From assembly GCA_047967505.1 (NCBI GenBank), contig CM106538.1: 64,000 nt of DNA. One strand, 5' to 3'. The stretch comes from Dipteris shenzhenensis (taxonomy: Eukaryota). The position numbers and the translations under genes are program-made. Under the pieces are notes generated by a model. That model worked only from the letters and a program-made list of their open reading frames with translations. It did not search any database and was not told the origin of the DNA. Every line of letters begins with the position of its first letter. Positions within the stretch are counted from its first letter, which is position 1. Shown here one piece after another: positions 53,407 through 64,000 of the stretch.

Positions 53407-53775
53407 GTTAGTTGTAAATTATTCATCTTGCCTCTAGTTGTGATTGTACAGGGCATTAATTAGATTGCAAAACATTGTGTCTCATTAATGCTCCTTTATC
53501 CTTGAAAATTGAGGATCAACATAGATGTTTCAGTAACTGTTGGTTATTAGATGAAGAAAAGGAATAGATTCACATAGACACAACTGCAGTATCCCAGGTG
53601 GATACTTATTGACATCTGCTACTGCTTGGAAAGTGGAAGCTCTCCTTCTCCATTACTGGTGCTTTGGTTCGACACTAGTGATAAGTCTACCTAGCTACCA
53701 GCTTTTTATGTTATTGATCTAATGTGCTGACTCATCCTGTTTCCATCTGCTGCATTGTAAACATGTAAGCTTGAA

Positions 53776-54575
53776 GATGCTCAAGTATGTGTGGGTGTGT
53801 GGATTTGTATGTGTGAGAGCATATTTTTATACAATGGTCTACACCCACTGTTGGGCGTTGATGACGTCAGTGGGGATGTCATATTAGCTAGTCCTTGCTA
53901 TGCATGATGGAGTTTATGGTTTTCAACCTTGTGAGTGACTATCATGAGATTGAAACTGCACTATGTTGTGTTTTTACTATTTAGAGGATGAGTTTGGGAA
54001 TGTTCCCGGATTCATCTAGGTATATGCTTCTGCCGTATTAGCGGACATGCAAATTTCACCTTGTGAAGTTTTCGTCTAAGTTGCCGCCTGCTGGTATTGT
54101 GATAATTCTTTATATCTTAAATGGTGCGTTGCCCTATCAGCTAGATTTAGATTTAGATGCTTGTTGGGGAGAGACTAAAATGAAAACGTTTAGACTTCAC
54201 AAGTAGTTGTAGCTTGAATGAAGAGATTTTGGACTACCTTTTGATTAGCCTTCTCCTTTAGTGCTAGCCTTCGTCATGGCTGAGTCTGCCCTTCAGCTCT
54301 GGAGTGCCGACAGAAACTCAATACGAAGACTCAGTATAAATGGATGCTCAAGTATGTGTGGGTGTGTGGATTTGTATGTGTGAGAGCATATTTTTATACT
54401 ATGGTCTACACCCACTGATGACGTCAGTGGGGATGTCATAGTAGCTAGTCCTTGCTATGCATGATGGAGTTTATGGTTTTCAACCTTGTGAGTGACTATC
54501 ATGAGATTGAAACTGCACTATGTTGTGTTTTTAGAGGATGAGTTTGGGAATGTTCATGGATTTATCTAGGTATAT
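53776..54575. repeat. Copy 3 of the dispersed repeat (~1.4 tandem units, period 567 bp)
   Basis: gatgctcaagtatgtgtggg at 53776 and 54343; flanked by 15-bp direct repeat atgtaagcttgaaga (53763-53777 / 54574-54588). Confidence 0.88.
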
Positions 54576-54665
54576 GTAAGCTTGAAGAGGGATCAACTTG
54601 TGAGGAGATGCTCTCTCTCGTGTTCTTTTGTCTTTGATTATCACAAACGTTGAATTCTTTTGCAG

Positions 54666-54869
54666 GGTGAGTTAGAGGTCATGAAAGAATTCCAAAGAAA
54701 GAATTTTATTGAGAAAAGAGAAGATTCTGATAAAGTTCCTGGAGAAGAAAAAATCATTGATGGTAATCTAGAAAGGGAAGTGAGCAGGATGCCTTTTTTG
54801 ATGCTTGGATTGGACCTGCCACCACCTCCTCTCTTCAAGGATGTTATGGAGAAAAACATTATCCCTCAG
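54666..54869 (+). CDS. USP39: USP39/Sad1 exon (GELEV...PFLMLGLDLPPPPLFKDVMEKNIIPQ)
   Basis: ttgcag|GGT, CAG|gtcttc; 204 nt, phase 0-0. Confidence 0.95.
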
Positions 54870-54976
54870 GTCTTCGTTAATTTCATTTCTACGCTTGTTA
54901 TAAAAAAAGATGAAAGTTGGACCATACCTATGTCTGTCCTATATGGGGCAGGTGTTGATAAGGTTTCTTTTGGCAG

Positions 54977-55148
54977 GTCCCATTGTTCAACATTCTAAAG
55001 AAGTTTGATGGGGAATCTGTCACTGAAGTTGTAAGGCCTCAGCTTGCTAGGATGCGGTACCGGGTTACAAGATTGCCTCAATATTTAATTTTGCACATGC
55101 GTAGATTTACCAAGAACAATTTTTTTATTGAGAAAAATCCGACTCTTG
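54977..55148 (+). CDS. USP39: USP39/Sad1 exon (VPLFNILKKFDG...LPQYLILHMRRFTKNNFFIEKNPTL)
   Basis: tggcag|GTC, G|gtcagt; translated by hand, not in ORF track; phase 0-1. Confidence 0.93.
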
Positions 55149-55268
55149 GTCAGTAATCAATTTTTATGGGTTTCAAAGTTGCATGTTGTCCTTGCTATTT
55201 AGTTTTTTTAATAAAAGAAAAGAATTCTTTACTTTAGCTGATATGGGACAATCTAATTGGTGGGCCAG

Positions 55269-55440
55269 TTAACTTTCCTGTAAAGAATCTGGAGTTGAAA
55301 GATTACCTCCCATTGCCAGTTCCAAAAGCTAATGAAAGATTGCGTTCAAAGTATGACCTGATTGCAAACATGGTTCATGATGGAAAACCTGGTGAAGGCT
55401 CCTACAGGGTATTTGTACAACGGAAATCTGAAGAGATATG
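55269..55440 (+). CDS. USP39: USP39/Sad1 exon (VNFPVKNLEL...KYDLIANMVHDGKPGEGSYRVFVQRKSEEIW)
   Basis: ggccag|TT, TG|gtgagt; translated by hand; phase 1-2; degenerate His-box. Confidence 0.93.
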
Positions 55441-55566
55441 GTGAGTTTATTGTGTCTCTTTGGGGAGGTTATGGTCAAAGGCATTAAAAGGATTTGGGGA
55501 ATCAATCTGGCTAATAGTGTTGTTTGTTAAAAAAAAGGCTAATTTGTTTGTTACTTTTCGCTTCAG

Positions 55567-55672
55567 GTATGAGATGCAGGATCTTCACGTTGCAGAGACA
55601 TTACCGCAAATGGTGGCACTGTCAGAGGCATACATGCAAATCTACGAGCAGCAACAAGGGGGCAGCCAGTGA
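55567..55672 (+). CDS. USP39: USP39/Sad1 last coding exon (WYEMQDLHVAETLPQMVALSEAYMQIYEQQQGGSQ*)
   Basis: cttcag|G completes the Trp codon; TGA at 55670-55672; summed exon length 1341 nt = 447 codons. Confidence 0.93.
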
Positions 55673-58600
55673 GGTTTGGTTGGACCCACTTTCTCAAGGA
55701 CATAAATCTTAAGTGTGTCCCATTGTTTTAGCTGTGTGGAAAGGGTATAGACCTCCAAAGTTTCTGAATGCAACACTTTCTCGTTGCAAAGAGTGATTCT
55801 GATGTCCAAGTGCCATATTTTTATAAATGGTAATTTCTAGAATTGATCCAGGTAGCACGCAAAGGAGCTTCTAAAAAGAAGAGAAAATCCTGGATCACAG
55901 CAGCCTGCTAAGTGGGCCGGAACCAGTGACCCCCTGTCGTCTGTGACTGAACAAGAGCCTCTCCTCTCCCCCCCATTTGCCGTTATTTGTTTTCTGTTTT
56001 CGTGTTTACTTTTGTGTTGGGGCTTGAATGCTGATGGGCACACACGTGCTCTATATGGATGTGGGCAGTTGTTCAGTGTTTGGGCATTGGTAATGAATCC
56101 TGCTTTTCAAATGAAACGAGAGGTCGCGGTTGAAGTACAGAGGCGGGGTAGTAACATTTTTTTCTCCACTATTGTATAATGTTTATGACGAGAAGAGCTG
56201 CTAATGATTCCAAGCACAATTGTCATAGCCTCCATACATAGCCTTCATGTGGTCTCAAAGAAAAAGCTTAATGGGTGCAATACAGCAGAAGTGCTTATGG
56301 ACAGCTTTCATCGTATGCTACATCATGATTCCAATAGATACCTGGTGGAGCCCTTAAAGAGAACAGTTGATTTTGTTTATTGTTCACCCTATGCCATTGA
56401 ACTTAAATGATTATGCATCTACGGAAGGAAACTATATCGAATATTTGGGCAGCTCAGCTGTGTATGTAGGAAGTTGCCTTGAAATAGGTATCTAATAACT
56501 TTGGCGAGGAAGCTATTGGGAAAATTTTGTTGCCTCTTGAGTCTCGTCTTCACTTGATTAGCACAAAATGAATTGAGATGTAAAACTTGGTTTTCATATT
56601 ATATTATACTTTCTTGAGGTACTTTATTGCTCTAATAAGGTGTTGCAATGAAGGTTTTGGCATCACTGAATTTCCCCCCATGAATTCATGCATAGGTAAT
56701 GGATTTTCAAGTTCAAGGATATACATCAAAAGGCTTGTGAGGCCTCTTGTTATTAGGGTAGAAGGTGATTGCATGAGTCTAATGGTGATTTGTCTTGAAT
56801 CTTTATAGATTGGAATTGACACATTAAGCTATTTTGCAAACTCTTCTGTACTTCTAGGTGTAATTATAGTAGTAATATCTTAAAGAAATCCCATTTATAC
56901 TCCAAAAGTTAGTGTTCATTACAAGGTGGTGATTTGTCTATCTTATCTTAGATATTTTAAAAATATATATGTTGGACATGCATGTGGACATGAAACATTT
57001 TGGAGCTTTAATCGTTAAAAGGGCTCAAAATAATCTACCTTAGTTAATTACTTGGAGAGAGGATTAAAAGTGGTTTTTGTCTGTTTAAGATGTTTAATGT
57101 TGCCCTTTTAGGCGTTGGATTTTCCTTTCTTGCCTTTTTGTGCTTATTTTAGGCATGAATATTTTGAAGTTTTTTTATTGAGTCTCACAGTATGGTGTCA
57201 TTGATGTCCTTCATCCTTGTTATGAGCACTGCTAGATCATCCATTGAGACCACTCTTGGCATTCCTTATTGCATATCAAGGCATTGTCTATGAGAATAAG
57301 TTTTTATGGTTATGTTCAACCCTTGACACATTGAAGGCCTACTAGTTGACCAGGAAAAAAAATCATGACGAAAATTATTGCTTTATGTTATGTATTTGGA
57401 AATCAAAAAAATGAAATTATTGATTAGGATCTATTGGTTGAATCTTGGTGTATTTTGTGAAAGTTGAGTTTGTCTTGTTGAATTGAAAAGGTGACCTTAT
57501 TGCTTTTTGGGGCCCGTAAGTTGGTTTCTAGTATAATATATATTCACCTTTATTTGGTGAAGGTGTACTGCAAGCCCTTCTCTTTGAAGTACATCCACTT
57601 CCTTGCATTATGTTATCCAAAGCATTGCAACTTATTGCATTGTATGTTTGCAAATTCATTCTCTGTTGAAATTCAATGTCAACACCTTAAATGGCATTCT
57701 TGGGAAAAAGAAATACCTTAAAGGATTGTACAATTCAAAAGAAGTAATTCTTGACGGGCAATGCATTTAAATTTACATAGTTTACATGAGCACGCACGCA
57801 CGCTCATGTGTGTGCTTGTGTGGGAATGAGTAGAATACCAATGTATATCTCAATCTTGTATAATTAACAAACCTTGACTAGTTTTTCTATTAAGATAGCT
57901 TCGGTGAAATTATATATTAGGTGCTCGTCATAGATTAAATATTGATATATATTGTAGGACCTTTCATCAAAGAGACAATTTGTTACCCAACTTATTTAAT
58001 GCTACAACTTAAAAGAACAAGTCCCATGAAATAATGATGGATCAAAAAGATATATATATATATATATATATATAACATGGTTGGGTTGCTATATGGCTTT
58101 TGACATAGAGATTGTAAATTGGGATGTTTTCTAAGAAAAATATCCTTGTTTCTTTTGAAGCCTTGTTTTGCATTGTATGTTTTTTAGCATGAATGAAGAA
58201 AAAGAATGGTAAGGTGTTTGTTGACACTAGTATTGACTCTTTGGGATAAGGGTGCTTGCACGCGTCTTGGGGGATCGAGCTAATGCTAGGATGATGTTTA
58301 TTTTTGCCTCAAAAACAAGTTTCTTGGTTGGGAATCTTCCCATTAAATCCTCCTCAGTTTGGGACATGTTTGGTGATGCTATCAGATGTGGCAAAAAGAC
58401 AGGACTGTTGTTACATGTGACGAAAATAGAACATGTGCATTATGCAACTTCAGATTCTCTCTCAAGTTCCTTCTATGTTCTTTTTTGGACTCTCCATACT
58501 TCTAAAGGCCCTCATGATCTCAGGCCGAAACCTCAAAATGCAACAAAATTAGACCAAACGAAGGTTTTAAATGTATTTCTAGTCTCCTTACTCCAATGTT

Positions 58601-58769
58601 TGGTAGAAAGATTCATTCGCATTATTTTTATGCTTCAGGGATTGTGATGCTCCATCCTTTATGTGAATGTCTTAAAGAGGTACTAAACAAGCATACAGGT
58701 GAATGGCTTTTGATGGAAGCCATGAAACTAGCTTGTTTAAGCTTGTGATGCATAAAGATATGCGTGTAG

Positions 58770-60185
58770 ATTCTCCTCCCACACTGTATTAAATGTAAAG
58801 TGCCATGTACAAAATGCAGTTCTAGGCACTAAATTCAAATTGCTATAAGCTAATTGCAAAATATTATGTGATCAATTCAAAGTGCTATGTGCAAAATGCA
58901 AAATGCTTTCCTATTATCTAACACAACATCTACTATCATTTTCAATATTCACTTTCAAGATCACCTTTGAAAAGTGCTAAGAATCAAAGGAAAAGCAAAT
59001 TTGTTGGTCTTAAAGTTTTCACATTGGTTATGTACTAAGTGCAAAGTATTATGTCCAAAATACAAAGCGTTATGTTCAAATTGCTATGTGCTATATTCAA
59101 ATTGCTATGCAAATAGATATGAACCCAAGGAAGGCACATTCCTTTGTCTGATAATTTTTGGAGAGGAAGTGTGCCAACTCTCCCCCCACACGTGTGTGGT
59201 TATGTGCTAAATGCAAAGTGCTATGTACAAAACACAATGTGCTATGTGCCAAATTCAAATTGCTATGTGCTATATACAAATTGCTACGCAAATTGATATG
59301 AATCCAAGGAAGGGCACGTTCCTTGGTCTTATAATTTTTGGAGAGGAAGTGTGCCAACTCTCCCCCCACACAAATGTTTGGTTGTGCTAAATGCAAAGTG
59401 CTATGTACAAAATGTAACGTGCTATGTGCCAATTTCAAATTGCTATGCAAATCGATATGAACCCAAGGAACGGCATGTTCCTTGGTCTTATAATTTTTAG
59501 AGAGGAAGGGTGCCAATTGTCCCACCACACAAATGTGTGGTTATGTGCTAAATGCAAAGTGCTATGTACAAAATGCAAGGTGCTATGTGCTAATTCAAAA
59601 TTTTATGTGCTAAATAAATGCAAAATGCCATGTGTTGATTCAAACTACCGTGAACCCAAGAAAGAGCACCTTCCTTGGTCTTATAATTTTAGGAGAAGAA
59701 GGTGCCAACCCTCCCCCCACACCAATGTGTGGTTTATGCTAAATGCAAAGTCCTATGTGCGAAATTCAAATTGTTATATGCTATATACATATTGCTATGT
59801 GCCGATATCAACTCAAGGAAAGGCACATTCCTTGGTCTTATAATTTTTGGAGAGGAAGTGTGCCAATTCTCCCCCCACACAAATGTGTGGTTATTTGCTA
59901 AACGTAAAGTATTATAAGCCAAATGCAAAGTGCTGTGTGCCAAATTCAAATTGGTGTGTGCCGAATTCAAATTGCATTATGCTAAATGCAAATTCAAATG
60001 AACCCAAGGAAGGGCATGTTCCTTGGTTTTATAAATTTTGGAGAGGAAGTGTGCCAACTCTCTCCCCATGCAAATTTGTGGTTATGTGGTTAATGCAAAG
60101 TACTATGTGCAGAATGCAAAGTGCTATGTGCTAAATGTGAAGTGCTATGTGCCAAATCCAAATGGCTATGTGCTAAATTCAATTT
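58770..60185. repeat. Tandem array, about 6 units of ~160-190 bp, built partly from tgctatgtgc.aaat.caaa subrepeats
   Basis: gaacccaaggaa..ttccttggt..ggagaggaagtgtgccaa..ccccacac recurs near 59121, 59300, 59460, 59652, 59810, 60000. Confidence 0.9.
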
Positions 60186-60879
60186 TATAAAAATAGGATT
60201 TGTAGTTATATTCTAAAGTTAACAAATTTTAATTAAACATATGCTTTTGTCAATATAGCTACCTGCCCGGATCTAGTTGAGGCTATGCTCACTCGAATGA
60301 TTATGGAAAGCACAACATAATTGGAGAATGTTATAGTGGGTTCTTTCTTAAGAAGCCCCCCAAATCAAAAGATTAGATCTCAAGTCAATTGGAGGTAGAA
60401 TTTCTATATTTACAAATTTGCCATTTGATGTGAGGTGAATGGGATGACATTCTCAATCATACGAAAGAAGGAATCCAAGAAGCTGCAAGAGGTCCTAGAC
60501 TACTCAAGCAACTATATTTGAGCTTGGACAATTGGAAGAAATCTTTCGTATAAGTGAAAAGATCTAGGGGTTAACAAGTAACTTCATGCAACAAGCTCAA
60601 GGTAGTAGAGGTTTTGCCACCTACTCACTCCAAGGACCTCACCCCTTAAAATGGATCTAGGGTACTAGAGGTTCCTATCACCAAGGCTTCATATACCATG
60701 GCATTTGGGCACCCAGTTTCTATGTGGGGTTACACCCTTTGCATATTTGCCATGTGTTATCCTTGGGTGAGTTCCTAGTTCTCCTCTCCCTTCTTTCCAC
60801 TCATGCACTCATGATTGCACACATAAAAAAAAAAATTTGGATGTAAGAGAATCAATCTCCATTGAAGTAGCCTTGGAAG

Positions 60880-61570
60880 GGATATGGACCTTTCTACACA
60901 AAAAGTATAAATCTTGGAGTCCCCTTTTAGTCGCCATGATCTTCATGTCTGGTAGGATATCCTCTATAAGGGTCTCTAATAATCCATGATCTAATCTAAG
61001 GGAAGATAAGGATGAATGGGAGTGAGAGAGAAGTGTGGGATAGTAGGGCAGGGTGCAAATCAAGAAGGTAAAGCACTAGCATGAACTTTCTTAAGAATTT
61101 TGAAAGGCCTATATCTAAGTGGGCCGACCTTTTCTTTGATCTTTCCTTGGGAAAATGCAAGTTTACCATGTCTCCTTCTTCCTATCTTTTACTTTGTCCA
61201 AGGCTACTCCAAAGTATGGTGCACGACCTACTTGGAGAAAGGTTATACTTAAATTGGCAATGTCCCTAGCTTTGTTGGAAGAAGTAGCTTTGGGCTGCTC
61301 AGAGATTACAAAGCCAAATCCATAGTCAAAGTAGGCTAAAAACCATGACATACTTCAAAGGGGCTTTTGCTAGTGGAAGAATGAGGTACCTTGTTGTAGG
61401 CATGTTGCAAGTAGCCAAGTTAAGCATTCCAAGTTTTAATATTATGCTAGCAATAAAGTTTGATAAGTTGAACCAAGGGTCTATAAAACACCTTGTTTGA
61501 CTATCAATAGGTGGATGTCACACAATAGAATGCTTGAACGAATTGTTCATGGACTACCACAAGGTGATCC
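60880..61570 (-). mobile_element. Highly degenerate gypsy integrase C-terminal fragment
   Basis: Hand translation of minus strand: YNKVPHSSTSKSPFEVCHGF and LRYRPFKILKKVHASA. Confidence 0.65.
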
Positions 61571-61962
61571 AAAAAGTAGAGAGGAATCTAGAATCCCTAT
61601 TAGAGGCAATGGATGCTAGTAAAGTGTAAGAACTTGTGGAGGTTGCCAAAACTAGAAACTTATATATCAAATGTTGAACAATGGCTAGAGAAGCAAAGGT
61701 TATAGTAGAAGGTGTAGTAGAGAAGGAATAGCTATGGTTGAGGGTGCATTAGAGATTAGAATAGAGCCTATGGAAAGTGTAGAGGTGTCTATAGCTACAG
61801 TAGATGCTGGAGCAAGGTGTCAAAAACTCAAACTTATTACCATACCCTTACCATAACTTGAACTTCAACACATAAAATAAAAGTCACTATAAACAACAAA
61901 GAACATATGAATTTATATAAAATTGAGAAAACATAATACATGAAAATGTCCATAGGCAACAA

Positions 61963-64000
61963 ACTAATACTAAAGAAAATATGAATATTAATAAATTTAA
62001 CAAAAACTTCATTGTCCAAATAATAGAAATTTGTATAAATGAACCATGAAGAGAATTATTCTCTCTATACTTACTAGTTATATCTAAAGAGCAGCCTAAG
62101 CTTTGAGCTTAGACATGTTTGAAAAGCTTACATTCCTTAGTATACTCTACTCTTTTCCTTGAAACTTATGTGCACATAAGTTTGTTGCTATAGGATATTT
62201 TGAATAAAGTTTCATAGAAAAATCCGAGAAAACCTCTATCAAATTATAGAAGTGACTTCAAAATTAGGGTTTCACTAAACATTACATAATTATAAAAACA
62301 TTAAGTCAGCTTAAAACTAATACATACCTAGACCTTGAATTTTTTTGAGAAGCTTGTACACCTTAGTATACGATATTTTTTCCCTTAAAATTTGCCTACA
62401 AAAAAATGTATTGCGACAAAATCTTCCGAAATCTATTATGAACAAACTTTCATAGCATATAAGAGAAACCAAGGAACATATGCTCAAAGTTCATCCAAAG
62501 CTCTATTGAATCACAAAGACATTATCATGCTTGTACAAACGTGATTTCTAAAGATATTGTATGAATTGCAAAGACATTATAATGCTTGTCGAATATAACG
62601 CTTGTACAAAAGTGAGGTGTCATTGAACATTGCAAAAAAAAACTTCAAATAAATGCTTATTCTCATTTTTCTTTACTAGTTATACTTCAAGAGGTGCTAA
62701 GCTTTGAGGTCTAACAAATAAATGCATACCTAGACCTTAAGTATGTTTGAGAAGCCTATCTTCCTAGTATACTACACTCTTCTCCTACAAACTTACTACA
62801 ACAAAGTATTTCAAAATCTATTTGAAATAATTTCACATAAAAAATAATAGTTCGAACATATGTTTAAAATTCATACAAATCTTTCTACCGTTTGTGTCAA
62901 ACTAGGAAACAATTGTAATGTTTTAAAAAATCCAAGAGCATTGATTCATTCCAAAGCTCCTTATTTTCACTATACTTCAGTAGTTGAAAGAATATAGTAC
63001 CTCTTCTCCATGAAGCAAGCTTGTAGATAGAAGAAATCACCAAAACATGTTTGAAATTAAAAGAAAATGAATGCTTATACCAAAATAAATACAAGAAGCA
63101 ATATCTATGAAGATCAAAAGAACGATGAATGCAAGTTTGAGCTTGAAGATCAATCCTCTTTCGATCTTCTTTCAAGGAATCTTGTTCAAGTATCTCCTCC
63201 AAGCTAGAGGCATGCTAGTAAGTCATTGTTCCCTATAATCATAGGGAACAATGACTAATACTAAAGAAAATATGAATATTAATAAATTTAACAAAAACTT
63301 CATTGTCCAAATAATAGAAATTTGTATAAATGAACCATGAAGAGAATTATTCTCTCTATACTTACTAGTTATATCTAAAGAGCAGCCTAAGCTTTGAGCT
63401 TAGACATGTTTGAAAAGCTTACATTCCTTAGTATACTCTACTCTTTTCCTTGAAACTTATGTGCACATAAGTTTGTTGCTATAGGATATTTTGAATAAAG
63501 TTTCATAGAAAAATCCGAGAAAACCTCTATCAAATTATAGAAGTGACTTCAAAATTAGGGTTTCACTAAACATTACATAATTATAAAAACATTAAGTCAG
63601 CTTAAAACTAATACATACCTAGACCTTGAATTTTTTTGAGAAGCTTGTACACCTTAGTATACGATATTTTTTCCCTTAAAATTTGCCTACAAAAAAATGT
63701 ATTGCGACAAAATCTTCCGAAATCTATTATGAACAAACTTTCATAGCATATAAGAGAAACCAAGGAACATATGCTCAAAGTTCATCCAAAGCTCTATTGA
63801 ATCACAAAGACATTATCATGCTTGTACAAACGTGATTTCTAAAGATATTGTATGAATTGCAAAGACATTATAATGCTTGTCGAATATAACGCTTGTACAA
63901 AAGTGAGGTGTCATTGAACATTGCAAAAAAAAAACTTCAAATAAATGCTTATTCTCATTTTTCTTTACTAGTTATACTTCAAGAGGTGCTAAGCTTTGAG
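61963..64000. repeat. Recent direct duplication (61963-62708 repeated at 63254-64000, runs off window)
   Basis: Essentially identical by eye except one base in an A-run; offset 1291 bp. Confidence 0.92.

Noticed and set aside
53985-54022. Helitron 3' end (hairpin + CTAG) for the 560-bp repeat
   Set aside because: The hairpin abuts CTAG without the usual spacer, and two copies have 12-15 bp flanking duplications, which Helitrons do not make; kept only as an alternative.
59100-60185. CRISPR-like array (palindromic repeats at regular spacing)
   Set aside because: The 'spacers' are themselves homologous subrepeats, units are 160-190 bp, the context is eukaryotic, and no cas genes are present.

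Overview
Eukaryotic land-plant genomic DNA. The giant TE-filled introns, chromodomain Ty3/gypsy elements and DUF4283-type L1 suggest a large-genome plant such as a fern, lycophyte or gymnosperm; this is inference only. The window holds one host gene: the 3' eight coding exons of a USP39/Sad1 (U4/U6.U5 tri-snRNP-associated pseudo-deubiquitinase) homolog on + (15307-55672). All introns are GT-AG and the phases join into an open 446-aa partial frame; I could not find the 5' exon(s), which are probably upstream. Its introns (>15 kb, 23 kb, 14 kb) are packed with nested, mostly decayed mobile elements: copia and gypsy LTR retrotransposons, two gag-only LTR elements, L1-like and RTE-X-like LINEs and a non-autonomous hAT. 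The most unusual items are (i) a ~550-570 bp non-coding unit present as >1-unit, variably 5'-truncated copies with a shared hairpin 3' end and 12-15 bp TSDs, (ii) an ORF1-only 'half-LINE' sharing a stem-loop plus microsatellite 3' tail with two other LINE copies, and (iii) a TSD-bounded L1 lacking endonuclease/RT. Downstream of the gene are a hairpin-rich ~160-190 bp tandem array and a recent 1.29 kb-offset duplication with a perfect palindrome at its junction. All alignments were done by eye.
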